From contig NW_005434604.1 of assembly GCF_000315625.1 (NCBI RefSeq), positions 1 to 64,000 on the forward strand: a stretch of 64,000 nt of DNA. The letters are read 5' to 3'. Both the position numbers and the translations under genes were made by a program. Source of the stretch: Guillardia theta CCMP2712 (lineage: Eukaryota; Protista; Cryptophyta). Below the pieces are notes generated by a model. That model was not told the DNA's origin and ran no database searches. It worked only from the letters and a program-made list of their open reading frames with translations. Positions 12,701 through 24,503 of this stretch are shown here, in pieces (position 1 is the first letter of the stretch; every line of letters starts with the position of its first letter).

Positions 12701-14729
12701 TGATGCAGACCAAGAACGAGGAGATGTCCTCCAACATGTGTGGTCGCGAGTCCGAGATGCTCGTGAATGTGTACAGGTGAGAGAAAGAAGACAAACAGAG
12801 TGAGGGGGAAGGGGGGAGGGAGAACAGCAGCAGCAGCAGCAGCAGGATCAAAGTTGTTGTGTAGCAGACGTTTGATCTTATTGCCTTCGTCATGCTCCCT
12901 TGTTGCTGTATGCTGCTGAACTTCCATCAGCACCAAGGCAAGACGATGGTGGATGCCGGACTTTGGAAGCACCTGGATGAGGTGAGAGGAAGAGAGGATG
13001 AGCACACATACATGTACCTAAGATGTAAACTTAACATCAACCTGACATGTATCCTCTTTATCTCACAAGTGATGTTTATTGCAATCTCACATGTGACTTC
13101 TTCCTCAAACTCACCACACCGACATCTTTTTTCCCTCGTCGCGCTCGTTCACCAGCCTCATCTCTCTCTTCTCCCCCTCGAGTCTCCTCCCCTCACCCTG
13201 GTGACTTCCAGCCCCAACAAGCGTAAGGCCATCTTCGATCGAGAGTGGCAGAGTGAAGCTTGCCGCGGACCCTTCAGGTCTGCTGCTGCTCCTTCTCCTC
13301 CTCCTCGTCCTCCTCCTCCCATACTCTTGCCCTTGCCCCTTGTCTGCTCCTCTCCCGGAACTCCTCCTCCTGCTCCCGCTCATAAGGCTGCCGCAGGTCC
13401 ACGAACACGTTCAAGGAGCGACGGGGGAGTGCAGAGAGAGACTTTGACAGCATCTCTATCAATCGGGAGGAGGCCCTGCAACTCACCCTCATCTTCGTAC
13501 GCTCCTCCTCCTCCTCCTCCTCTCCTCCTCTCCTCATCCCTCACTCCTCTCCTCATCCCTCATCCTTGATTCCTCACCCCTATCAGGTTTATGTCGTTGT
13601 TATCACCGGATTCCTGTCCTGCGTCTATACGCGCTGCGTCGATTCGCCGGTCCATTCCCTCGTCCTCCTCCTTCTCTCCCCGTCCTCCTCCTCTTCTCCT
13701 CTCAACCATCTCTCCCCTCCTCCTCCTCCTCTTGCCCTCCTCCTCCTCCTCTTGCCCTCCTCCTCCTCCTCTTGCCCTCCTCCTCCTCCTCCTCTTGCCC
13801 TCCTCCTCCTCCTCCTCTTGCCCTCCTCCTCCTTCTCTCCCCTCTCCCTCCTCCTCTCCCGGTCTTTCTCTGTTCTCTCTTCTCATGTCCCTTGTTGTTT
13901 CACTCACCTGACCATCTAGATCTATGAGAGGAACGCCGAGGAGGCTCGTAGGGAGAGACAGGTCCACCTGTTCTCCTCCCTCCTCCCTCCTCCCTCCTCC
14001 CTCCTCCCTCCTCCATTCCTGCTTCCCCTTCCTCCTCCTTCCTCCTTCCGGCTGACCTTGTGGTAGATGACGTGTACGGGCATGCTGGCTGTGGTTCAGA
14101 TCTCTGCGTTCGTGCTGGCAGTGTGGGTGAGAAGCCTGCTTAGAGGGAGAGGAGGGAGGAGGAGGAGAAGCGAGGAGAGAGCGAAAGCGGGAGGAGCAGC
14201 GGGAGCAGGGATGCTGGGCTTGTTCACTTGTTCATTTAGATTGCCTTCTGCTGCCCTTATGCAGTATGGCGGTTAGAACTCTCGAGCAAGGAGCCGACAG
14301 TTGGTTGGTCATCTGTTCTTCCTTCCTTCCTCCTTCCTTCCTCCTCCTCCTCCTCCTCGCCCCCCACCTATCTCCTCCTCCTTGACCTTCTCCTTTCGTT
14401 GCTGGTGCTAACGAACCACTAGCGCTGTCTGGTGACGGGAGAGAGGACGGCGTTTCTTTGCTGCACATCTTCGTGTGTAACTTGCTGCTGGTGGAGGTGA
14501 GGGGAGAGGAGGAAGAGGCAGAGGAGGAGGAGGACGAGGAGGAGGAAGTGGTGGTGGTGGTGGTGGTAGGAGAGAGGAGGTTGGAGGGAGGAGGAAGAGG
14601 GAGAGAGGAGGAAGAGGGAGAGAGGATGTGTATGTTGAGATTGCATTACAGATCTTCTTCTCATGCGACATGTTCATACAAATCCGAAGGATGCAGACAA
14701 AATTGCGATCGTCGAGATACAACGTTTGA
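9759..14729 (+). CDS. Guanylate-binding protein (GBP)/atlastin-family large GTPase with putative signal peptide and C-terminal TM segments, multi-exon
   Basis: G1 VVSIVGPYRTGKSFLLNQL, G2 Thr (GDTIKPETEE), G3 FLDTPG, DAQLLAVLNLVSNVVLYNS and PHLVWVVQNF. Later exons are helical then hydrophobic (GMLAVVQISAFVLAVW|IAFCCPYAVW; LLHIFVCNLLLVE|IFFSCDMFIQI...YNV*, stop 14727-14729). The 3' part of the model is less certain. Confidence 0.8.
11436..11700. repeat. (GGAG)n tract, 100-N gap (11543-11642), then (CCCT/CCCCT)n tract, inside a GBP intron
   Basis: Direct reading. Confidence 0.9.
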
Positions 14730-15008
14730 TCAATACAGCAATGCCCAACTTCGACGAAACATCGTTGTCAATGTCCTAGTTCCTCCTTCCCGCCCTCACT
14801 TTTTATTTGGTTCTCCTTCATTTCCATCGAATGTCCTCCTCTTGATCCCCTCACTTCTCAACATTTCTTTCAAGAACATCTTTACTGGAATTCCCTATCA
14901 ACTCATAGCGCTACAACATTTCAACAAGACCTGATAAATTGCTTATGTACAAACTGCCTCCTCTCCCTTCCTCCCTTCATCCTCCCCTCCTCTCTTTCCT
15001 CCTCTTGC

Positions 15009-16834
15009 CTACTTCTTGGGAAACTTGGCAGGACAGATTACCCACAGCGGCATCATGGCGGCTAGGAAGGCGAGGTTCACCCAGAAGAAGTTGCCGTCGA
15101 GGTGAGACTCGACGGCGCTGATGATGGGGTAGACGATGACGGAGAGGGCGGAGGCGATGAGCTGGAGGAGGCCGAGGATGAAGCCGAAGTTCTTGAAGCC
15201 GAAGGTGTAGGAGGTGTAGGAGAGAAGGATGGAGAACAGGATCATCCTGTGCAGGCACAGGAAGACGATAGTCACTATCTGCACCTCCAGGACGGGCACA
15301 AGCAAGAGAGCACCTGTGGAGGTTCCAGTCAGTGAGGAGGACGGAGGGAGGGAGGGAGCACTGAGTTGATGAACCACGAGGAACTCAACCCATGTGATCA
15401 TTATTGTCATCGTCATCGTCATTATCATCATCATCAGTACAAACCACCACCACCATCATCGTCATTCTCCGAAACACAACTCGCAAACACCACCTCAACC
15501 TCATCGCACTCACCGTACACCATGCCCAGGAAGTTGCAGAGGACGAAGATCCAGTAGTAGTCCCACGTGTCGAAGATCCTTCCGACCAGAGGGATAGTGA
15601 TGATGCCGGAGGGAACGACGAGGGTAAGGATGAGAGAATAGGTTGTGGTGAGATGACCGTCCCTGTTGGTGGGCTTGTACTCGATCTGCTGAATGAAAGT
15701 GCCGATGTAGTAGTTGAACCGCATCACCTGGATGCAGCAGAACAGCAGCAGCTTGCGGTACGTCCAAGTCATGAGCTGCTGCTTCAACGGCAACTCCGAC
15801 ATCGGCACCTCCCGCTCCTCCTCCTCCTCCGCTTTCCCCGGCACCAGGGCTGTTGAGCTCTGGCTCTCCAGCTTCATCGACTCCGCAGGGAGCTGCGAGT
15901 GCGTGCTGCCAGTTTCAGCTGGCTGCTCCGTGCGGTCCAACTTGACGAGGATCGTGATGGGCTGGCCATTCTGGTTCAGCACGTTCATGGTGGAGAACTC
16001 CGGCGTGCTCGCCATGTCAGACGCTGCAGAGGGGGCAACGAGGGAGCGGGACGAGCTTGCAGGCTGCTGGCTCTTGTCGAGGATGACGTAGTCGACGATC
16101 CTTCTCTTGTACATCCTCACCTCGTTGCCGACCTTGAAGATCTTCCAGGGCCAGATGACCAGCCCCAGGATGCAGAGCAGGTACAGCCAGCACCCATGTA
16201 CCAGGAAGATGGCCTCCTTGCTGACGTGCTCCGTCTGTATCAGCCAGCCCTCCAGCGAGAAGAGGAAGGCGCTGGCAACGAAGGCCCCTAGGAAGTAGCT
16301 CTTGATAGTCCCCCTCACCCTCGGCTCGTACAGGGTGGAGATGTGGAACAGCGACAGGTGCACGCCCGGCCCCCCGGCCCCGATCATGCCGAAGGCAGGC
16401 GCGAACGCGTCAAACCCGTTGGACTGGCTCACTGCCAGGAGGACGAAACCTGTCCCGCTGACGAGCAGCCCGAGGCAGGTCGAGAACTTGGGGCCGAAGT
16501 TGTCGAGGATGCTCCCATTGATGATGAAAGAACCGAACAGGCAGGAGGAGCCGATGATGTAGAACAAGCTAAATCTCAGCGCCTGGGAGGAGCAGCCGGT
16601 GACGCCACTGCTACACAGGTCTGAGTACTCCCCGATCGACTTGAGCGCGTCTGAGATCGCTGTGTATCCGATGATGATCCCACTGCAGCTGACCGATTGT
16701 AAAAACCCGAACGCTACGAGGAAGTTCCTGGAGAATCTTGCGCTGTAAAACTTCTCGGCGTCTTCTACCTCGTCCTTTTGATACTCCTGGACTTCGCCAT
16801 GTAATACAGGTAGGTTCATGTTCTGTGCTTGCAT
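15009..16834 (-). CDS. MFS transporter of SLC43 (LAT3/LAT4)/yeast Fmp42 type; exons 16834-15514 and 15313-15009
   Basis: About 12 hydrophobic helices. FLQSVSCSGIIIGY..ALKSIGEYSDLC..C..QALRFSLFY and GSILDNFGPK are typical of SLC43. A GT-AG intron at 15314-15513 joins MVYG|ALLLVPV. Confidence 0.85.
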
Positions 16835-17059
16835 CTTTGCAAAAGATGCAAACAAGCTTTCAAGGGTTCCTGTCCTTGCAAGCCTGAAGGTCTGCAAGGC
16901 TAAGTGGCTTTGTTGATGTCTACCCTCCTTCTCTCTGCTTGTCTGTCACCGACTCTGAGATCGACTTCCTTTCTTCGTTCGCTTCCTCTCTCTCTCCTTT
17001 CCTCCTTCCTTTCTCTGCTCTTCACCCCAACTTGCTTCCCTGCCACCATATAGACGTAC

Positions 17060-17410
17060 AAACACAGCACCACCCCTCCTTCGCCTCAATCCCACTCCAC
17101 CCCACCTGTGGAATTTCATGCCATAAAGAGTCTTTAGGGAGGGTAGTCAGAGGATTTCCCGACCGAGGGGGTAGGGGTAGGCAACAATGTGCAAGGCAAC
17201 GAAGGTTGTTGGGGACGTGACAATCTTTAGAGCATTTTATCACCCGTACGAAACATAGATAAAATGGTAGGTAGGGGTACATAACCCTACCCTTAGTTGC
17301 GTTACAAAAGCATGATCTCAGTACCCCTACCCACATTTTGATACTTGAAAGTACCCCTGATGTAATACCAGTCACGGGTATCATGGGGGGTTGGTCACAC
17401 GATAAAAAAA
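17060..17410. repeat. GGGTAG/TACCC-rich degenerate interspersed repeat in a divergent intergenic region
   Basis: gggggtaggggtagg, gtaggtaggggtacataaccctaccc, cagtacccctacccac; similar words at 3360-3750, 8760-8930 and 9330-9490. Confidence 0.5.
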
Positions 17411-17507
17411 AACCTAATATCGTGAGCTAATTCATTTATACAGCTCAGCTAATTTAGTTAGCTAACTAAATATCTTTGACAGGTAGTCAAACTTTGCATG
17501 GGGTGCG

Positions 17508-18427
17508 ATGGCGATCGGTAGGGTGCAGGTGGCGGTCATGGTGACCTGCGTGTCGTTCGGGCTCTACACGTCGGTCCTGCTCCTCTCCGACCGCTTCCTC
17601 TCCTCCCTCGTGCGGTTCCTCTGCGGCAGCTTCTTCGTCTCTTGCCTGTACGGCAGGCTGTGCATTGGAGATCCCGGCTACGTGTCAGGGAGCGAGGAGG
17701 AGGAGGAGGATGGGAATGGAGCGGAAGAAGATGAGATTGTTGACTCAGGCTTCAACGGAGTATCCGAGGAGCATCGCTCTGACCCTCGTTACTGTGAACT
17801 TTGTGAGCAGCCCAAGCCGAGGCGAGCAAGGCACTGCAAGAGATGCGGAAGGCAAGAACCCGTTAGGGAGAAGAGAGGATCTGAGATACAAGCGGCAGGT
17901 GCGTTCACCGGCTAGACCACCATTGTGACGCCATAGGCAAGTGTGTTGGTATCAAGAACCATCCTACCTTCATGCTCTTCTGCTTTCTACTCAACGTGTG
18001 CCAGATCGTAACCCCCCCTGGGAAATGAGAACGCTTTATAACATGACTGCAGGACACTATCATCGTCTGTGTATCTTTCATCATTCGTGAGAGATCAGTG
18101 TCTATCTGTAAGAGAGATGAGTTTGGCTTGAACTTCCTGTTCTTCCAAGAGGATCATTGTCAGACCATGTTCGATGCCATGAACTACGTCGTCCTGGCTG
18201 TGACAGCATGGATAGCGATAACGCTCTTCTTTTTCAACCTTTTCCACCTCTACATTGCATCCGAAGACCTGACTACACATGAGTTCTACATGCTGCTGAA
18301 GAAGGTAGACAGGCATGTTTGCTTCTCGGATTCCATCTTACCCTGCTGTACGAAAGAGGGCTCTGCCGAGGTGGTTGGTAGGGAAGGAAGTCAACATCAA
18401 CAGCTTCAAGATCGAGAAAGGTTTTGA
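17508..18427 (+). CDS. DHHC-type protein S-palmitoyltransferase, multi-exon
   Basis: DPG motif, then [21 protein letters not shown]|[25 protein letters not shown] after removing a 47-nt GC-AG intron (17852-17898); LTTHE (TTxE) motif; TM helices. 3' end approximate. Confidence 0.92.
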
Positions 18428-18589
18428 ACTTCAGTCATGAACTCCTTGAACATCAAGTTCTTGACTTTGTCGTCATTCTTTCTCTCCATCCCTTCCCTGC
18501 CTTTTCCACTTCCATCTTCAGTTTCCATCTTTTCCCGTCTTGTTCTTCCCTTCCTTCCCCTGACCTCCTCTATAAGGGTTGAAGACGCA

Positions 18590-21500
18590 CAGATCAGGAC
18601 AGAAGCAGATGTACACGACGTGCAAGTTCTGTGGCAGGAAGAAGCTTGCCTGTATATGCGTGCTGCCCTCCCTGGAGGACGGGTTCTCGCACTACCAGAC
18701 GTACCGGTACGTCTGCCACCTCCTCTCCCGCTCGTGACACTGGCCGTGAACAGGGCAAGGGAGTCAGGGTTCGGCTGCTGCCTGATGCTCCAGTCATGTG
18801 AGGGGATCAAGTTGAGCTTGAGAGGCAAGAGCAAGCCCTTGTCGAGCAGCACAGAAGGAGCGGGTGATGTTGCCGACCAGGTCTTCGCAAGTGCTGCCTG
18901 TGGAGGATACGGAATTTGCGGTGAGAGGAGGAGGAGGGAACTTGCGCTGCCTCTGAGAGCTGATGGCAGGAGAGTCTTGGGGGCGGCAGAGGACGAGGAG
19001 ACGGTCAGGCCGGGGGAATGCGAGATGGATAGACCAGACGTCATCAGCCAGATGCAGGTGAGGGGAGGCGGTGCTGACGTCATCGCCTCATCCTGCTCCT
19101 GCGTGTTCCCAGCAGCCACCTCGTCCTCCTCATCCGGACCTTCTGCAGATCTCTTGCATATCACCTACCTGACTGTCTGCACGCAGCTGTTGCTGGATCT
19201 TGACTTCGACAAGTGCGTGCCTGGTCGCGACTAATCGAAGCTCGAACTTTATCACTCACCCCTCCCTCTCCCGAAATATCTCCCTCGCATCCTTCTCCTC
19301 CGCAACACCCCTCCCTCCCACCCCCCCCTCCTCTCTTTCTTCCTCTCTCCCTCCCTCGCAGTGCATTTTCCCTCAATCTCGTCTGGTCAAGATACTCGAA
19401 ATTCACCCACGACCTTCCCTGCAAGATTAGCCACTGCCCTGCTGCTGCCTATCACAAAGAGTCACTGGGGAGATTGGGCAAGGTGTTTCTCCCTCTGAGG
19501 CTGACAGGGAGCTTGTCAAAAGACTTTTATCAACAACATCAACCCTCTTTCGTCTTGGAGTTCACCGACCGAAGTTTCTCATTCTCCGTCCTCAAAATGT
19601 TCTGCCAACGGCAGTCAGCGGGGAGGAGGAGGGAGTTTCAGATTCTCACGGTCTCCTCCTTCAACTTGACAACTTGCTTCTGCAGATCTCTCACGAGCCT
19701 GAGCAGAGGTTCAGCTCAGGTTCAGCTGAGAGCAAGGGCATCGCAAGACTTACAAGCAGAGCTCCTTCATGTCCATGGCTTCCAGCTGCATCTCCTCTCC
19801 CAGCTCAAACTTCCTGTCCTTGTCCTGCTTGTCCCTCCGAATGTCGAAGGACCATCGCATCCCAGGCTCGTGCAGCATGTCGAGGTTCTCCCGGTTGTAC
19901 TCGAAGGATCTGCGAGACGAGCATTCACTCGACGAGATGCTCGAGGATCGAGTGGCGACTCTCTGCACGTGCCCGTCGACGTCTCCCTGAGAAGGGGGAG
20001 GCGCATCCTCGATCTTGAACGCCTTCTTGGCCTTGTGCGAGTTGGTGTGGACCAGGGCAGGGCCGTCTGCGGCGCAGGAGTCAACGGCAGGTCAATGCGG
20101 AGCTCGACACCAGACCTGCCGACTTCTGCGGGGGTTGACCGTTGATGATGGGAGGGTTCTTCCCCGGGAAGGCTGGGACAGGAGCAGAAGCCAGCGGCTC
20201 CAGAAGCGGCGTGTTGCTGTGAGGGGGACGAGATCAGGGAGACGGAACGCTGGAAGGGGGAGCAGAGGGGTGGGGGGCGGGGGGCGGGGAGGAGCAGAAG
20301 GAGGTTCACCTTGCCGAGGAAGCGTGAGGAGTCTGAACGGCTGAGGTTGTCTGGAGACGAGAGGGGTCAGGCGAACAGGTCGAGTCATCGGAAGTCAAGG
20401 TCACAGGCAGCGGGTTGCCGGTCGGGCCGGTGAGAGGAGAGGGAAGGCTGGTGTGGGCCCCAGCAGACTGGCTGCTTGTCAAGTCCAAGTCCGTGGAGGT
20501 GATATTGAACTTCTTCTTGGCATTCTTCTTCTCCCCGGCCTCCGACGTTGACGCGCTGCCTGACTTGCCTGCCTCCACCTTCTGGCTGGAAAACTCCGAG
20601 GCGTCGCTGGAAGACGCCGGGCTGATGCTTCTTGATTTTGAGTCAACAAGAACTTCATGAGAGCCTATCAAAACAGTTCAGATGAGGAGCAGGAGCAGGA
20701 GCGGGAGCAGGAGCAGGAGCAGGAGCAGGAAGAGGGAGAGGAACAATATCTTAATCCTCCTCCATCATGCAAGCACTGTTATCCTCAATCATCACCAGTC
20801 TTGGCGGAGGTCGACGGGTTCCCCATGCAGTCCGCGGTTTCCTGCCCAGCATTCCGCGTCCGTTCCTTCACCTCCTCACTCAACGAGGCTGCGGCGCCGG
20901 AAGCTCCTCCGTCCTTGGAGTCTGCACCATCTGCTGCACAAGAACGTCAGCCCGGTCAGCCCACTCGGCCAGGACAAGACAAGCTTCACCTTCAGGCAGC
21001 ACGGTCGTCAAGTCTACCTTGGGCGCGCCCTGCGCACGTTTTGACTTGGGGCTGCCCGGGGGGCTCAATCCCTTGATGGGGCTGCCATGAGGAGAGACAG
21101 TCGAGGGTTCAGACAGCATCTGGGAGCCAAGGCAAAGTCACGAGACCCTAGGAGGCGGAGGAGGAAGCGACCTTCTCCAGCTCGCTCCACACGTCATCGT
21201 TGGAGTTCGGCCCCTTGTTCGGGGAAGGGTTGCACTGCACCGGCGTCTCCTTCAGGTGAGCATCCGACCGCAGCTCGACCTTGCTGTCCTCGCTCCTTGG
21301 GTCCTTGCTCGGGTTCGTGCTCTCCAACATGGCGGCGGCCTCATCGCCGGGGCCATGCTTTGTATTGTTTCTGACATACTCCGCGTCAAAAAAATCCCCG
21401 AGCGTCTTCACGCTGGGGCTGCGGTGAGAGCCGACAGGGGAGGCAAGGCCGGGCGGGCTGGACAAGCAGGGGCCGTCAATGTCTTGAAATACAGCGTGCA

Positions 21501-22851
21501 AGGGCTCTCTGCCTCCTGGCCTCCGCCCCTGTGACAAGAAAGAAGCCATGAGAAGAAAAAAGAAGTCATGAGAAGAAAAAAAGTCAAACATTGCAGCTGT
21601 GAGGATGCAAAGGGCTCACATTCAAGCTCTTCCTTGACCACTTGCCACTTCTCGACCCGACTTCCGATTCACAGATGTGAACTTTCTGAGGGGAGTTGCG
21701 CAACTCCTTCTCCTCAATGATCCTGTTCTGTTCTGACAAAAATCCCGGGAGCTCATCCCACGACCTGCATCAAACGATGAGCACAAAGTCCAGCTGAGAA
21801 ACCTTGTTGGGTACCGGTTCAGCTCGTTATCGTTCAACTTTTCTAGATTCTGAAGAGCTTCAATGGGGAAATCCCATTCTTCCACCATCCACTCTTCAAC
21901 TTTCTGCTCTGAAAGGTCCACCATGCCCTTGTCTGCATTCAGGTGCAGATCGAACAAAGTATATCCTTCCGGAGCCTTGGAATGCTTCCAGTAGGGATGA
22001 TTCAGCAAAGCCTCCGCCGACGGCCTCTCACTGGGAGGCTCCTTGATCAGGCAGCTCTTGACAATCTGCTTCAACTCAGACGAAAAATTTCCCTCCAGCT
22101 GCGGGGGGTCGTTGCACATGATGAGTTTCAAAACTTTGAGGGGCTTCTGTTTGTCGTAGGGAGTCTTGCCGTTGGCAAGTTCCATCAGAGTAATCCCGAA
22201 GGACCAGATGTCCGCCTTGTTGTCATATCCACCCTCCTGCTCGATTACCTCGGGGGCCATCCAACACGGCGTGCCGACAAAGGTCATGACCTTCTTCTGG
22301 CGGAAGCTGTCGGCACCCTTGTGCTCGAGGCTGGAGGACTTCCAGAAGTCCGTCACCTTCACTCTGAACTTCTGGTCTATCAGGATGTTGTCAGCCTTGA
22401 TGTCTCGATGGATCATTGACTGCTGATGTAGGTAACTGATCCCCTTCAGCGTTTGCGACATCACATAGGCGATGATGCATTCCGGAAAGCCGTTCTTGAA
22501 CTCCTCAAACTTGAGCTGGTCACCGCACGACCCCCTGTCCATGTAGTCCAAGATCATCCACAGCTCGTGCCCGGACGCGAAGGAAGTATGCAGCCTCACG
22601 ATGTTACGGTGCTTGCAGCAGCTCATCAATGATATCTCTTTCTGGATATCTGACAAGGTGTCCGAGTTGTTTCTTGAGTTCTGTTCAAGATCGAAGATCT
22701 TGAGAACGACCTCTCTCTCGACAGCATCGCTCGTGACCACCTTTGCCTTCCAGATCTTGAACCAACCAGTATCTCCCGGCCTTGTAAGCCGCCTTTCCTG
22801 AGAATAGGCTGTGCTCTTACAAGGGTAGAAGATCTCATTCCTCAGTGGCAT
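18590..22851 (-). CDS. STE20-family Ser/Thr kinase (OSR1/SPAK/Fray-like) with long low-complexity and coiled-coil tail; kinase domain about 21990-22800
   Basis: VVLKIFDLE, IQKEISLMSCCKHRNIV, HRDIKADNIL, TFVGTPCWMAPEVIEQ, YDNKADIWSFGITLMELANG, KVLKLIMCNDPPQLE. Downstream exons are S/P-rich then coiled coil (QKQVVKLKEE..LRTENEKLR). Tail extent and possible upstream exons uncertain. Confidence 0.85.
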
Positions 22852-23749
22852 GATTACAATGCCAAAGTTCTTGTTCTAGACGACCATGGAGCCCCCCTTG
22901 GCAACCATCCGATCAGTCGCTAAAGTCATGATGCAAAACAATGCAAAGGAATACCGATAATTTCAGTTCCAAGGAACCATCAGCGCTTGTTGTCCGAAGA
23001 ACATCGGCAGGGGGATATACTGGAGAAAAAACTGCATTAGACAAATATTACGTGAGCTGTGATCAAGATGAACTGCGATCGACCCCTGACTTGTGGATTT
23101 CATGCGCATGCAGGCTAAGGCATCCGTCTCCTCGAGCCATAGCTCGTCCCCGTGGGCAATTTTCGTACATGTTCTAGAACTAGGCGCTGGTTCAAGAGCT
23201 CGAGGGCGTCAAAGCAAGAAAAGAGCGGGGGAAAGAAGTCTCTTCTCCTTCACTACAAACCAACACCTGCTACCCCTCCTCTGCCTCACCAGCTTCTCCA
23301 AGTACGGATTCGCAAAGCTCAACCCCTCCTGATCATTCCTTTCCCTCCACCTTCTCCAACGACCGTACGCTCCCTCCTCTTCACTCCTCTCTCCCAATCT
23401 GCCTCCCTGCTCCTCTGCCTCTCTCCCTGTGTCCTGAAACCCGTCCTCCTCCTGCTCCTCTACCCTCTCATGCGCTCCCCACGCCCCATTCTCGCCCCGT
23501 CTCGTCATTACGCCGCCAGCTGGTTCTTCACGCTCCCTAGGACCTCCTTTGTACCACTCTGCATCACTATGGCATTTGCTAGGACCAACCAAAAATCAGC
23601 TAAAAGTATCATGGGGATATTTTAAAATTTATTTTAGAACATGGTACTTTTTATAAAAGTTATTTATTTATCCAGTGTCATATCCACTACAGATAATTTG
23701 AAAATTAGTTAGAACTAGGGAGTTGATAAAATTTTCAAAATTGTTTTAT

Positions 23750-24330
23750 GGGCATCGCCCATCCGCGGCCCGGCCCGCCGGTGGCACTGGGCACCCCGGC
23801 CGGTCTCAGCCTACCGTAGTACGGTAGGCTGCCGGGCCGCGGGCTCAGCCGGGCCGCCGCCGCGGGTACGGCCGGTCCGGCGTGCGGCGGCGGCGGCGGC
23901 CGCGGGCGGCCAGCTACCCGGAGTACCGTGACAGCCTCCGGCTGAGCCCGGCCACTGCCCCGCAGTCACGGACCAACTGGCAGTAGCTGGCACCGCACGG
24001 CCCAGTCACTGACGCGGCCCCAGTCTGACACCGAGGCTGCGCTATCGCGGGCGGGGCCCGGCCGGGCCGGGCGGCGTCGGCCCGGCCGCTGCCGGGCAGG
24101 GCCCGGGCCGCCCGGCGGCGGCCCGGACGGGCCGCCCCGGGCCGCCCGGCAGCCTCCGGGCGGCCAGAGGGGCGGCTGCACTGAGGCAGCCGGGCTGCCG
24201 CGGGCCGGGGTGGCCGCGTGGCTGATGCGTACTCGAGCGGCGGCCCGGCCACTGCGGACGCCGTGGCGGCCAGCGTGGCGGCCGGGCCAGTGGCCGGGCC
24301 CGGCGCCGGGCCGCTTACGGCCGTGGCAGT
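23750..24330. promoter_or_regulatory. Large CCGG/GGCC-rich GC island in the kinase/TruA divergent promoter, containing a 25-bp hairpin (23807-23831)
   Basis: Extreme GC content; CAGCCTACCGTA-G-TACGGTAGGCTG inverted repeat; preceded by an AT-rich tract at 23610-23750. Confidence 0.55.
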
Positions 24331-24386
24331 GTGTGAGTGCCACCAGGAGTGCCACTCGGAGGAAGTCTGCCAGCTTTCTGGCTACA

Positions 24387-24443
24387 ATGCAATCCGCCTG
24401 CATGCGCTCCCACTTCTTTACTCAAGCTCCCGATGCTCCTGCT

Positions 24444-24503
<60 letters not shown>

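Noticed and set aside
23811-24403. Pro/Arg/Gly/Ala-rich ORFs in GC islands (also 8544-9163)
   Set aside because: Stop-codon scarcity in extreme-GC DNA; no domain or host-like coding pattern
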